Program-made: the position numbers and the translations under genes
Notes under the pieces: generated by a model
The model's database searches: none
What the model was told of the DNA's origin: nothing
The model's input: the letters and a program-made list of their open reading frames with translations, nothing else
Shown: positions 29,430 to 38,882 of the stretch, piece by piece
Layout: every line of letters begins with the position of its first letter
Position numbering within the stretch: the stretch's first letter is position 1
Assembly: GCA_964536185.1 (NCBI GenBank)
Contig: CAZHWV010000006.1
Span: 502 to 64,501, forward strand
Direction: 5' to 3'
Length of the DNA: 64,000 nucleotides
Origin: an uncultured Anaerolinea sp.
GTDB lineage: Bacteria; Chloroflexota; Anaerolineae; Anaerolineales; Villigracilaceae

Positions 29430-30851
29430 ATGGAAACCACTCACGAAGGTCACGGTTCTGGGTACGCTGATTTTCTAAAACAATATCCTGATTATGAATC
29501 TACTTTACATATCGACAAATTACGCGCTGAAGATTACCGCCGCCTGGATCAGGATGAACACATTTATCTGGATTATACCGGAGCCGGAATTTACGCTGAG
29601 TCGCAAGTCAAAAAACACCAGCAGATCCTACTAAAAAATACCTTCGGGAACCCTCACTCGTCGAACCCAACCTCCAGGGCAGCCACCCAATATGTTGAAT
29701 CAGCGCGAGCCTATGTGCTTGAGTATTTCAAGGCCGATCCGGTTGAATACGACGTTATTTTCACTGCCAATGCCAGCGGCGCTCTTAAAACCGTTGGCGA
29801 GTCATATCCCTTTTCTCAGGGAGATCAATACCTTCTGACCTTTGATAATCACAATTCAGTGAATGGCATCCGCGAATTCGCGCATGGCAAAGGCGCACTG
29901 GTCACTTATATTCCCATGTCTCTGCCTGAGATGCGCATCGATGAGAGTATTCTCGTTGCCGCCTGGGAGAAGGCCAGGCCAGCTGGCAATAATCTCTTCG
30001 CTTATCCGGCTCAGTCCAATTTTTCATCCGTGAAACACCCCCTGGAGTGGATTGAAAAAGCCCAATCCAAAGGCTGGGACGTGCTGCTCGATGCTGCTGC
30101 GTTTGCCCCGACCAATCCGCTTGACCTTTCCCGGTGGAAGCCAGATTTTGTCCCGCTCTCGTTTTATAAAATTTTTGGCTATCCCACTGGCTTGGGAGCC
30201 TTGCTGGCCCGCCGGCAAGCGCTGCGCAAATTGCACCGCCCCTGGTTCGCGGGGGGTACCATCACTGTGGCCTCTGTTCAGGGCGATAAATTTTACCTGG
30301 CCGAGGGTCATACCGCTTTTGAGGATGGCACAATTGATTTTTTGAATATCCCGGCAATTGAAATTGGCCTGAAACACATTCAGGCCATCGGTATAGAGAG
30401 TATTCAACGGCGGGTGCGCTGTCTGAGTGGCTGGTTGCTGGAAAAATTAACTTCCATGCGCCATGCCAGCGGTACGCCGCTGGTTCGATTATACGGTCCG
30501 CTGACAACCGAAGCGCGCGGTGGGGCGGTTACGGTCAATTTCTACAATGGACGGGGTCAGACCATCGACCACCGCGCGATTGAAGAAGCCGCCAACAAGG
30601 TCAACATCTCGTTGCGCACAGGCTGTTTCTGCAACCCTGGGGCTGGGGAACTGGCTCTTGGCATCTCGCGGGTTGAGTTGGATGTCTGCTTTAATGGGCC
30701 TGGCCACGAGAATCGCCTGACGATAGATGATTTCCGCCTGTGTATCGATGGTAAATCTAGCGGTGCTGTGCGTATTTCGGTTGGGACGGTCACCAATTTT
30801 AACGATGTCCAGGGCTTTCTGCGTTTTGCGCAAAGCTTACTTGAGTTGTAG
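29430..30851 (+). CDS. Class-V PLP-dependent NifS-like protein of the molybdenum-cofactor-sulfurase (ABA3/MOCOS) N-domain type
   Basis: IYLDYTGAG start block. PLP-lysine block SFYKIFGYPTGLGALL. Persulfide-Cys block RTGCFCNPGAG. No MOSC domain follows. Strong SD AAGAGGAG. Confidence 0.85.
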   Translation: METTHEGHGSGYADFLKQYPDYESTLHIDKLRAEDYRRLDQDEHIYLDYTGAGIYAESQVKKHQQILLKNTFGNPHSSNPTSRAATQYVESARAYVLEYFKADPVEYDVIFTANASGALKTVGESYPFSQGDQYLLTFDNHNSVNGIREFAHGKGALVTYIPMSLPEMRIDESILVAAWEKARPAGNNLFAYPAQSNFSSVKHPLEWIEKAQSKGWDVLLDAAAFAPTNPLDLSRWKPDFVPLSFYKIFGYPTGLGALLARRQALRKLHRPWFAGGTITVASVQGDKFYLAEGHTAFEDGTIDFLNIPAIEIGLKHIQAIGIESIQRRVRCLSGWLLEKLTSMRHASGTPLVRLYGPLTTEARGGAVTVNFYNGRGQTIDHRAIEEAANKVNISLRTGCFCNPGAGELALGISRVELDVCFNGPGHENRLTIDDFRLCIDGKSSGAVRISVGTVTNFNDVQGFLRFAQSLLEL

Positions 30852-30863
30852 AATGCCCTGCCC

Positions 30864-31712
30864 TTAGCCTGGCAGCCAACCGGGATTATATTTTTTTAGG
30901 TCCCAAGGCATGCCCAGCATCACGACAGTGATGTTGTCGTGCCCGCCGCGTTCGCAAGCCATTTCGATTAACGCCTGTGCCGACTGTTGGAGGGTGCGGC
31001 CAAGGGTCGCGTTCAATAGCTCGTCGTCGTGAACCAGGTCGGTCAACCCGTCACTGCACAACAGGATGATATCACCGGGGGCCAGGGTCATGCCTTGGTT
31101 GGCTCGAGCGTGTTTATCGTTATCACCAGGTTTCAAGAAAAGACGCAGGTCGGGCTCAGGGGGTTCTTCGGAGCCGAGATAGCGACGAATGACATGCAAA
31201 TTGGGATGGTTTTTGATGCCGGCTGTAGGGTCGAGAATCTTTTTGTCCAGGGCTTCCTGTACCCAGGTATGATCGCGTGATAATTGTTTGATCTGCTGCT
31301 CGCGAATGAGATAGATGCGCGAATCACCCGCGTATGCGATATAAAGCTGCTGTCCGATGACCCAGGCGCAGGCAGCCGTGGCTCCCATGCCCGTGTAGCT
31401 TGAATCCTGCTCAGCTTGTTGGACAATGGCCTCGCTGGCCCGGTAAAAACTATTCTCAAACACAGCCAGGGGGTGACCGCCTTCGCGCTTTTCCACATCT
31501 GCGCTGATCAGATTCACGGCCAGTTCCGAGGCTACCTCCCCGGCTTTGTGTCCCCCAATTCCATCCGAGACGATCGCAAAGACAGATGGTGTCGGGTTCA
31601 TTGCGCTGATGACATGTGCCGACACTGCGAAGTTGTCTTCGTTATTTTTGCCAGTCATGCCAGGATGGGTCTGGGCGGTAACGTAAAGATGAGCGCGGGC
31701 GGTACGAATCAT
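30864..31712 (-). CDS. PP2C-family Ser/Thr protein phosphatase
   Basis: NEDNF, DGIGGH, LLCSDGLTD and GGHDNITVV motifs. The start lies 5 nt after the FHA gene stop. Confidence 0.9.
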   Translation of the reverse strand: MIRTARAHLYVTAQTHPGMTGKNNEDNFAVSAHVISAMNPTPSVFAIVSDGIGGHKAGEVASELAVNLISADVEKREGGHPLAVFENSFYRASEAIVQQAEQDSSYTGMGATAACAWVIGQQLYIAYAGDSRIYLIREQQIKQLSRDHTWVQEALDKKILDPTAGIKNHPNLHVIRRYLGSEEPPEPDLRLFLKPGDNDKHARANQGMTLAPGDIILLCSDGLTDLVHDDELLNATLGRTLQQSAQALIEMACERGGHDNITVVMLGMPWDLKKYNPGWLPG

Positions 31713-31717
31713 CGGTC

Positions 31718-33628
31718 TTAAATGGGTGTGATGGTTGGTTTGGGGGTAGCCGGCGGTTTTGCCAGGACGAAGCGATAGGTCAGATTGCCAAAGTGTATCA
31801 CATCTCCATGCTCGAGGATATGTCCTGCCTGGGGGCTGAGCTCATAGTTAACCCAGGTTCCGGCCGTGGAGTTTTGGTCCAACAAGGTAAATGTATTATT
31901 CTCAGTGCGCCTTAGGCGGGCATGCAAACCGGATAAGGAAGGATCGTCAAGCACAATGGTCGCCTGTGTGGGATCTGAGCCAAAGGTGATCTCCTGCCCG
32001 TTTAAGGAGATCGGGTCACCTTTCGTTGGTTTGCCATCCGATGTGAACTGTACGAAATAAGCCGGAGGCGGTGCTTCTTTGCGGCGCAGCCATGGGAAGG
32101 GGTTGGCTCGCCCGGCGCTGGGCGCCGCTACGTTGGTCTGGATAGGTTGTGTCAGCGGGTCAAGCTGTGCGGCCCGCGCTTTGCGGCGTTCCGACAGGCT
32201 GGTCAGGCCCTTGCGTCCACCCAGGATGATGATGCCCAGCACGACAGTGCCCGCCAGGACCATGAAGGCGATTGTGACTGCCGCGCGATTGCGCAAGATT
32301 AACCCGGCCATACCCCCTGGCGGTTGGACGATTGTCACCTGTACTGGCACTTCCGCGCTCATCTGGCTCAAGCCGAGAATATCCTCGGCTTCCACCTGCA
32401 GGGAATGGTCGCCGCTGGTCAGGTAACCACTCAAATTCCAGGTGAAACGGTTAAATGGTTCAGACGTATTTTCGGCGATCTTCAGCCCGTCGACAAACAG
32501 AGCGGTGCGTTTTATTGGGCGTTGATGGCCGTCAGGAAATTCCACCAATGCAGAAATTTCCTGTTGGGTCGGCGTAAAACTTTCCAGGTCAAAAGGTGTC
32601 TCGGGGTTTTGGCGCACAATCTGAATGGGCGCGGAAAGCAGGGCTGCGCTGGGCGGTTGGATATCCAGTGGAAAGTTCACCGCCTGGCTGGTCAGTGCCA
32701 GGTTGGCGCTGTTAACCTGGACCGACAGGGTATGCTTGCCACCTGTCCGAATTTTTGAACTGTAGGTTAACTGGTAGATATTTCGAAGCGACGAAAACCA
32801 CTCTTCGGGGTTTGGCAGCGTTTCGCTGCCTGTAAATGTGACGAAGCGGCCGCCTGTGGCCAGCGCCAGGTCCTGCAAAGCCAGCGCTCCCGGGCTAAGC
32901 TGAAAATCGGCTGAATCGGTGATCCAAACGTAAACCCGCACGTGGGCCTGATTGGCCCGGCTGATCATGTCGTTAATGCTGTTCTGATCTTTCAGCCCCA
33001 GATGTCCTGAGACCAATAAAATTGATTTCTTGACCGTTGCGCCATTTTCCATTTCCTGGGAGGCATCCAGGGCGAAAGCCAGCGCCGCCAGGCTGTTGCT
33101 GGATGTGCGCGGGGCAGGGTCAAAACCATCCAGGCGGGCTTTCCATTCGGCTGGCGTCAGATGCGATGCAACCATTCCGCCGTTCCAGACCAGGGCCAGC
33201 TTATCTGAGCTGTCAGATGCGAGCGAGGCTGCCCAATTGTCCAATGTGCTCCGAATCTTATCGTAGCGCGAAAGGCCCAATCCATCCCGCACCGCCAGCG
33301 CCGGATCCGAGTTGATCGCCAGAACAAAGCTTAACGGTGTGTCAAGGCTTTCCAGGGTATCCGGTGTGATCTGTTCGCCGTTTTCCAGGATGGATACACT
33401 TACGGGGGTCAGGTTGGTGATGAAATTACCCTGGTCGTCAAAAGCATCCAGGTAAGTTGTTAAAATGGGAAATCGGTTTGTGTCTGGGAAGCTGATGGTG
33501 GCAAAAGCCATGCCCTGGGCGCGCGCTGACGCAACGCCCGCGAGAATGATCAGGCTTATGACGAGCATGAGTATTGGTGATTGCCGGGCAATTCGAATTT
33601 GAGACAAGGTTGGTTTTCCTGGTTCCAT
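31718..33628 (-). CDS. Membrane protein: extracytoplasmic vWA-like plus Ig-like region, one TM segment, cytoplasmic FHA domain
   Basis: Signal peptide. Degenerate vWA-like blocks (SFVLAINSD, ILLVSG). TM segment AAVTIAFMVLAGTVVLGIIILGG. C-terminal FHA domain (ITFGSDP...SGLHARL...LLDQNSTAGTWVN...GDVIHFG). Confidence 0.85.
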   Translation of the reverse strand: MEPGKPTLSQIRIARQSPILMLVISLIILAGVASARAQGMAFATISFPDTNRFPILTTYLDAFDDQGNFITNLTPVSVSILENGEQITPDTLESLDTPLSFVLAINSDPALAVRDGLGLSRYDKIRSTLDNWAASLASDSSDKLALVWNGGMVASHLTPAEWKARLDGFDPAPRTSSNSLAALAFALDASQEMENGATVKKSILLVSGHLGLKDQNSINDMISRANQAHVRVYVWITDSADFQLSPGALALQDLALATGGRFVTFTGSETLPNPEEWFSSLRNIYQLTYSSKIRTGGKHTLSVQVNSANLALTSQAVNFPLDIQPPSAALLSAPIQIVRQNPETPFDLESFTPTQQEISALVEFPDGHQRPIKRTALFVDGLKIAENTSEPFNRFTWNLSGYLTSGDHSLQVEAEDILGLSQMSAEVPVQVTIVQPPGGMAGLILRNRAAVTIAFMVLAGTVVLGIIILGGRKGLTSLSERRKARAAQLDPLTQPIQTNVAAPSAGRANPFPWLRRKEAPPPAYFVQFTSDGKPTKGDPISLNGQEITFGSDPTQATIVLDDPSLSGLHARLRRTENNTFTLLDQNSTAGTWVNYELSPQAGHILEHGDVIHFGNLTYRFVLAKPPATPKPTITPI

Positions 33629-33780
33629 TTATCCACCAGAATCATACCCGAAAAATACAAAGACGCGAAGCCTTTTGCAAACAGGTCTTTGATGGAAATC
33701 TTAGCCAGGCGCAGCCCAGGCCAGTAACTGGTAAGGATGAATTGGTCTTTTTTCCTATCTAACTCGGGTAGAATTAAGGC

Positions 33781-34455
33781 ATGTCTAAACAAAAATATTA
33801 CGTTGTCTGGAAAGGACGTCTCAGCGGAGTATTCAACTCGTGGGAGACGTGTTCAGCGCAAGTCTCTGGTTACACTGGCGCGGAATTCAAGTCTTTTGAA
33901 AGCCTATCTGCGGCGAAGAGTGCTTACCAGAAAACTTACAGCGATTTTGTGCGCCAACCGGCAGGCAGAACGGGGCCACCGAAAGAGGTTTTGATAAAAT
34001 CGCTGGCTGCTCAGCCCGGCGTGGAACCGACGAAAATGGTCCTGGCGAAACCGGCGCTCCCTTCCATCAGCGTTGATGCGGCCTGTTCCGGGGTGCCTGG
34101 TCCGGTCGAATGGCGTGGCGTGGAGACCCAGACCAGAAAAGAATTATTCAGGTTCGGCCCATACCCGGCCGGAACCAATAACGTGGGTGAATTTTTAGCC
34201 ATCGTCCAGGGCTTGCTCTGGCTCAATGAGAGACAACTCAGTTGGCCGGTCTATTCGGATTCGAAAAACGCCATCTTATGGGTCAGGCTCAAAAAATGCC
34301 GCACCAAATTAATCCAGACGACAAGAAACGCCGGATTGTTTGAGTTGATTGCCACAGCAGAATCCTGGTTGGACGAAAATCGTTATTTGAACAAAATCTT
34401 GAAGTGGGAAACGCGGGCCTGGGGTGAAAACCCGGCCGACTTCGGCAGGAAATAG
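33781..34455 (+). CDS. rnhA: Ribonuclease H1 with N-terminal hybrid-binding (caulimovirus VI-like) domain
   Basis: N-terminal YYVVWKGRLSGVFNSWETCSAQVSGYTGAEFKSF. RNase H core with DAAC, GEFLA and SDSK catalytic-residue contexts. Confidence 0.85.
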   Translation: MSKQKYYVVWKGRLSGVFNSWETCSAQVSGYTGAEFKSFESLSAAKSAYQKTYSDFVRQPAGRTGPPKEVLIKSLAAQPGVEPTKMVLAKPALPSISVDAACSGVPGPVEWRGVETQTRKELFRFGPYPAGTNNVGEFLAIVQGLLWLNERQLSWPVYSDSKNAILWVRLKKCRTKLIQTTRNAGLFELIATAESWLDENRYLNKILKWETRAWGENPADFGRK

Positions 34456-34555
34456 AAGGATTAATTTTTGATGTTTAGGCGAAAAAACATCTCAAATTAT
34501 TCCAGCAAGCGGACGCTACCAATTTATTTTTTTCCCTTCTGACTACGGAGTTCCT

Positions 34556-35119
34556 ATGAACACAGCTTTATTGATTATCGATATCCAGAATGATTACTTC
34601 CCGGGTGGCAAGATGGAACTGGAAGGCGCGCTCGCCGCCGCCCAGAAAGCCGGTGCGCTGCTGCAGTGTTTCCGCGAACACGGCGGGCAGCATGTCCACA
34701 TTCAGCACGAATCACGCAAGCCGGGCGCGACTTTTTTCATCCCTGGCACGGACGGCATCCGAATTCATGACCTGGTGGCGCACTTCGAAGGTGAGCCAAT
34801 CACGCACAAGCAGTTTCCCAACAGCTTTCGCGAGACCGATTTGTTGGAGTTGCTCAAAAGCTGGGGGACCGAGCGTGTCGTGATTTGTGGCATGATGACT
34901 CACATGTGCGTGGATGCGACGGTGCGCGCGGCAGCGGATTTCGGCTTTCAGGTGATTGTCGTCGAGGATGCTTGCGCGACGCGCGCATTGACCCACGGTG
35001 GAACAAGCGTCCCGGCGGCGCATGTTCAGGCAGCCTTCCTGGAGGCTTTTAAGTCATATGGCGCTTTGATGACCACTGAGACAGTTATCTCGCGCCTCGG
35101 CGCGGAACAGGCGCATTAG
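34556..35119 (+). CDS. Isochorismatase-family cysteine hydrolase
   Basis: ALLIIDIQNDYF and VVICGMMTHMCVDATVR (catalytic Cys context). SD GGAG. Confidence 0.85.
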   Translation: MNTALLIIDIQNDYFPGGKMELEGALAAAQKAGALLQCFREHGGQHVHIQHESRKPGATFFIPGTDGIRIHDLVAHFEGEPITHKQFPNSFRETDLLELLKSWGTERVVICGMMTHMCVDATVRAAADFGFQVIVVEDACATRALTHGGTSVPAAHVQAAFLEAFKSYGALMTTETVISRLGAEQAH

Positions 35120-35193
35120 TCTTTTTTCTACACAAACTTCGCGTTCTTTGTGTTTTCTGGTTGATAAAAATAAAAATAACCATCTCTGGCTAA

Positions 35194-35230
35194 CCAGCGA
35201 GCGCCACCGACAGCGCTCGCTGGAGTTTTG
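35194..35230 (+). terminator. Rho-independent terminator
   Basis: 11-bp stem CCAGCGAGCGC / GCGCTCGCTGG with an 8-nt loop, followed by AGTTTTG. Confidence 0.7.
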
Positions 35231-35438
35231 TCGATAAATATATAGACTTATAGTTTGCAGCGTTTTTGGGCATAATCATTTTTGAAGCTTATCGTGCGCA
35301 TTGTTTGGTTTTGAAAAAGCGGCCAGGAGTTGCAAACAGTTCATCGATCATAAGCAAAGGATCAAATAGAGAAGATTGCAGCAACACCCCTGGCCCGGAC
35401 AAGCGCCGTTCTGTGAGTACCATCCGTTATAATCATCC

Positions 35439-35466
35439 TTGACACGAGCTATCACGGGGTTATAAT
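35439..35466 (+). promoter_or_regulatory. Consensus sigma-70 promoter of the serS leader
   Basis: TTGACA (35439-35444), 16-nt spacer, TATAAT (35461-35466). Confidence 0.7.
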
Positions 35467-35472
35467 CTAAAT

Positions 35473-35768
35473 CACAAAGATAACGCGGAGACAAGTACCT
35501 GCCCGCCCTTTCAGAGAGCCGCCGGTTGGTGCAAGGCGGCAGGCAAAGCAGAGAAATCCCCTCCGGTGGCTGGATAAAAGCGGGCGAAACCCGTCCAAAC
35601 AGCCTGTTGCTCTCGTAGGGGCCGCCAATCTGGCCGTAAGAGAGACGGGGAAGCCCGTTATAGCGCAAACCGAGACTACCCTGCCCAAGGAAGCCAGGAA
35701 CGGTAGTGAACGCAGGTGGTACCACGAGCCGCCCCTCGTCCTGCACAGGAGGGGCGGTATTTTTTTTC
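35473..35768 (+). promoter_or_regulatory. T-box riboswitch leader (Ser-specific, upstream of serS)
   Basis: Stem I elements AGTA, AGAGAG and GGTTGGTGCAA. T-box sequence GGTGGTACCACG (about 35715-35726). Terminator CCGCCCCTC / GAGGGGCGG (35729-35757) followed by T8. Candidate specifier TCC at 35557-35559. Confidence 0.85.
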
Positions 35769-35788
35769 CAGACAGAGGAGGTACTACC

Positions 35789-37060
35789 ATGTTAGACATC
35801 AATCTTATTCGTGAAAACCCCGAGCTGGTTCGTAAATCCCTTAGAGATCGCCAGGGCGACCCGGCTCCGGTCGATTCCATCCTGAAATTGGATGAACTCC
35901 GCCGCGGCCTGCTAGTGCAAGTGGAAACACTCAAAGCCGAGCGAAACGCTGTCTCGAAGGAGATCGGCCAAATGAAGGAGCCTGTCCAAAGACAGGTGAA
36001 GGTTGAAGCCATGCGCTCTGTTGGTGATCGGATCGCCGCTCTCGATAAGCAAATTTCCGATGTAGACAGCGAGCTTAAAGCCTTGATGGATATCCTGCCA
36101 AATATTCCTGATTCGCGAACACCTTATGGGGTCGACGACAGCGAAAATATTGTCATTAAGACTGCCGGGGAGCCGCGAAAATTTGACTTTGCTCCCAAAG
36201 CGCACTGGGATCTCGGTCCGGCACTGGGGATCATCGATTTTGAGCGGGGCAGCAAGCTGACTGGTTCGCGTTTTTACGTGCTGAGCGGCGCGGGCGCGCG
36301 TTTGCAGCGGGCCTTGATCGCCTGGATGCTCGATCTGCATACCTCTGGCCAGGGGTACCGCGAACAATATCTGCCCTTTATGGTCAAAACGGCAACTGTT
36401 TATGGCGCAGGACAGCTGCCCAAGTTTGCCGACAACCTATACAAGGATCATGAAGAAGACTACTATTTCGTGCCCACTGCTGAAATTCCGCTGACCGGGC
36501 TGCACATGGATGAGATTCTCGAAGAAGCGAGCCTGCCGCGTTATTACACTGCCTACACCCCTTGTTTCCGTCGCGAAAAAATGAGCGCAGGACGAGATGT
36601 GCGCGGGATCAAGCGCGGCCACCAATTCGACAAAGTGGAAATGTACATCTACTGCAAGCCCGAGGAATCGGAGGCTATGCACCAAAAAATGCTTAAGGAT
36701 GCCGAAGAAACCTGCGCCGGGCTGGGGCTGCCTTATCGTGTCAAGCAACTTTGCACAGGCGATGTCGGTTTTGGTGCCACCATGACTTACGATCTGGAGG
36801 TCTGGGCGCCGGGTTGTGATGAATGGCTGGAAGTTTCCTCGGTCTCAAATGATACTGATTTTCAGGCGCGGCGCGCCAACATCAAGTATCGCCCGGCGGA
36901 TGGCGGCAAGGTCCGGCTGCTTCACACCCTGAACGGATCGGGGCTTGGCCTGCCGCGCGCGTTGATCGCTGTGATGGAAAATTACCAGCAGGCTGACGGT
37001 TCGATCGTCGTGCCCGAGGTGCTGCGCCCCTGGATGGGCGGAATTGACCTGATCCGGTAG
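35789..37060 (+). CDS. serS: Serine--tRNA ligase
   Basis: N-terminal coiled-coil arm ([12 protein letters not shown]...). Class II motifs [12 protein letters not shown] and [19 protein letters not shown]. Confidence 0.97.
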   Translation: MLDINLIRENPELVRKSLRDRQGDPAPVDSILKLDELRRGLLVQVETLKAERNAVSKEIGQMKEPVQRQVKVEAMRSVGDRIAALDKQISDVDSELKALMDILPNIPDSRTPYGVDDSENIVIKTAGEPRKFDFAPKAHWDLGPALGIIDFERGSKLTGSRFYVLSGAGARLQRALIAWMLDLHTSGQGYREQYLPFMVKTATVYGAGQLPKFADNLYKDHEEDYYFVPTAEIPLTGLHMDEILEEASLPRYYTAYTPCFRREKMSAGRDVRGIKRGHQFDKVEMYIYCKPEESEAMHQKMLKDAEETCAGLGLPYRVKQLCTGDVGFGATMTYDLEVWAPGCDEWLEVSSVSNDTDFQARRANIKYRPADGGKVRLLHTLNGSGLGLPRALIAVMENYQQADGSIVVPEVLRPWMGGIDLIR

Positions 37061-37083
37061 GAATAAATTAATAGGAACAGGCT

Positions 37084-37641
37084 TTGACAGACAGTTCCTA
37101 TTTTATTGATAAACAATTATTAAAAATGACTGATTGGCCCCTGTTGAGTGAATTCTTGCTCCAATGGATCACCCTGACCTTTATGTTGGTCGGATTGGTC
37201 GGATTGGTGATTCCTATTTTCCCCGGGATCGTCGTGATCTGGCTGGCGACTCTTACCTATGCCATTATCGCAGCATTTGCAGGCAAAATGGGCGCTTGGG
37301 ATTGGCTGTTATTTGGCCTGATCACCATTTTGATGATTGTCGGCAGTTTCATCGATAACATCATCATTGCCAAAAAGCTGCGCGAGACGGGTACGCCCTG
37401 GAAGTCGATTGGCATAGGCTATGCTGCCGGGCTGGTTTCCAGCCTATTCCTGACACCTTTCGCGGCCCTGTTGATCACGCCGTTGGCTTTGTACGCAGCT
37501 GAATACTGGCGGCTGCGCGATGCCCGCCAGGCGTTGGATTCGGCCAAAGGTTGGTTGATCGGTTTTGGCTGGACGTTCCTGGTTTTGGTTGCCATCGGGG
37601 CGCTGATGATTGCCCTGTGGCTGTTGTGGGTCTGGCTTTAA
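37084..37641 (+). CDS. DUF456-like small membrane protein
   Basis: Four or five TM segments. IPIFPGIVVIWLATLTYAI block. TTG 37084 and ATG 37126 are both possible starts. Confidence 0.65.
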   Translation: MTDSSYFIDKQLLKMTDWPLLSEFLLQWITLTFMLVGLVGLVIPIFPGIVVIWLATLTYAIIAAFAGKMGAWDWLLFGLITILMIVGSFIDNIIIAKKLRETGTPWKSIGIGYAAGLVSSLFLTPFAALLITPLALYAAEYWRLRDARQALDSAKGWLIGFGWTFLVLVAIGALMIALWLLWVWL

Positions 37642-37799
37642 ACTGGCTGGCTCGCATTAAAAACGAGGCTTAAAAACCTTGTGGATGGTGGTATATTAGC
37701 AATATAACTAACCTATCTGGATCGGTTACTGGAATCTTTCCAACCCTTTCGGAAGGAAATCAGCTCTCTTTCATCTGTGACTTACAGAAAGGTCATCCC

Positions 37800-38672
37800 A
37801 TGCAAATTGTAACTGATACAGGAATGGATTTGTACCTGCCCCCGGAACTTATGCCCGAGATACCCATTCATGTTGTGCCTCACACCATTACTCTGGATGG
37901 AGTATCCTATCATAGCGGGGTGGATATTCAGCCCGCAGAACTTCAACTAAAGCTGATGGCGACCGAAAGCTTCCCGGTTACCTCGCAGCCAGCCGGGGGC
38001 GATTACGCGGCTATGTTTAAAAAATTGTGTGCCGGTGGTGACAAGGAAATTCTTTCGATCAACATGTCCTCCGGATTAAGTGGTACGGTAAACGCGGCCA
38101 AGGCTGGGGCGGAAATGACGCCTGAAGCGGATGTGACTATTGTTGATACAAAAACACTCTGCGCGGTGCAGGGTTGGCAGGTAGCTGCCGCCGCGCGGGC
38201 GCTCAAGGCTGGCTGGGGCAAGGATCAAATTATTGCACTGATTAAAAAAATTGGTGGCGCCAGTGAGAGTATATACACTTTGGATGAGTTGAAATACCTG
38301 ATCCATGGCGGGCGGATAGGTCACATGAAAGGCCTGATCGCCTCTTTGCTGCATATTCGACCGATTATTGGGGTTGAAAAAGTTGGTGGAACCTATTCGC
38401 AGCTGGGCAATGCGCGCACGTTTGACCAGGCCTTGCGCGGTCTGGTAGATATTATGCTGAAATATCACAAGCCGGGCAGTAATCTGCGCGTGCAGGTTTT
38501 ACACTCTTATAATGAGAAGGCTGTGCTGGCTCTGCGCGCAATGATCGCCCCGGTCTTCAACTGCACGTTTATGCCCATTAATTACATGTCCCCAGCTCTG
38601 GCTGCCCATACTGGGCCAAGCATGGTTGGCGTGGCTTTTGCTGCTATGGATATCTTCAAAGATCTTCCTTAG
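37800..38672 (+). CDS. DegV-family fatty-acid-binding protein
   Basis: IVTDTGMDL start, SSGLSGT motif, length about 290 aa as is typical for DegV. Confidence 0.9.
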   Translation: MQIVTDTGMDLYLPPELMPEIPIHVVPHTITLDGVSYHSGVDIQPAELQLKLMATESFPVTSQPAGGDYAAMFKKLCAGGDKEILSINMSSGLSGTVNAAKAGAEMTPEADVTIVDTKTLCAVQGWQVAAAARALKAGWGKDQIIALIKKIGGASESIYTLDELKYLIHGGRIGHMKGLIASLLHIRPIIGVEKVGGTYSQLGNARTFDQALRGLVDIMLKYHKPGSNLRVQVLHSYNEKAVLALRAMIAPVFNCTFMPINYMSPALAAHTGPSMVGVAFAAMDIFKDLP

Positions 38673-38882
38673 CCACTTTTCTTTTTTTTGAATGCAAATT
38701 GCCCAACATACTCGACATAAGAGGTCTGCTGGGTTGTTTCATATCCTTCACCCGCTTTGCGCTATCATTATCCGGGATAGCGGATGGAGAAGTGTTTTCT
38801 ATTAAAACGCAGGTCCCGGTTTGTTGCGATTTAACAAAAAATGGCGGGTTTGGGTAACAGCCTGGTTGCAAGAGAAGGCCCT

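Noticed and set aside
35348-36012. Two - strand ORFs of 132 and 181 aa covering the serS leader and the serS 5' end.
   Set aside because: The region is explained by a consensus promoter, a T-box leader and serS. The products are Arg/Ser/Pro/Gly/Cys-rich and have no start context.
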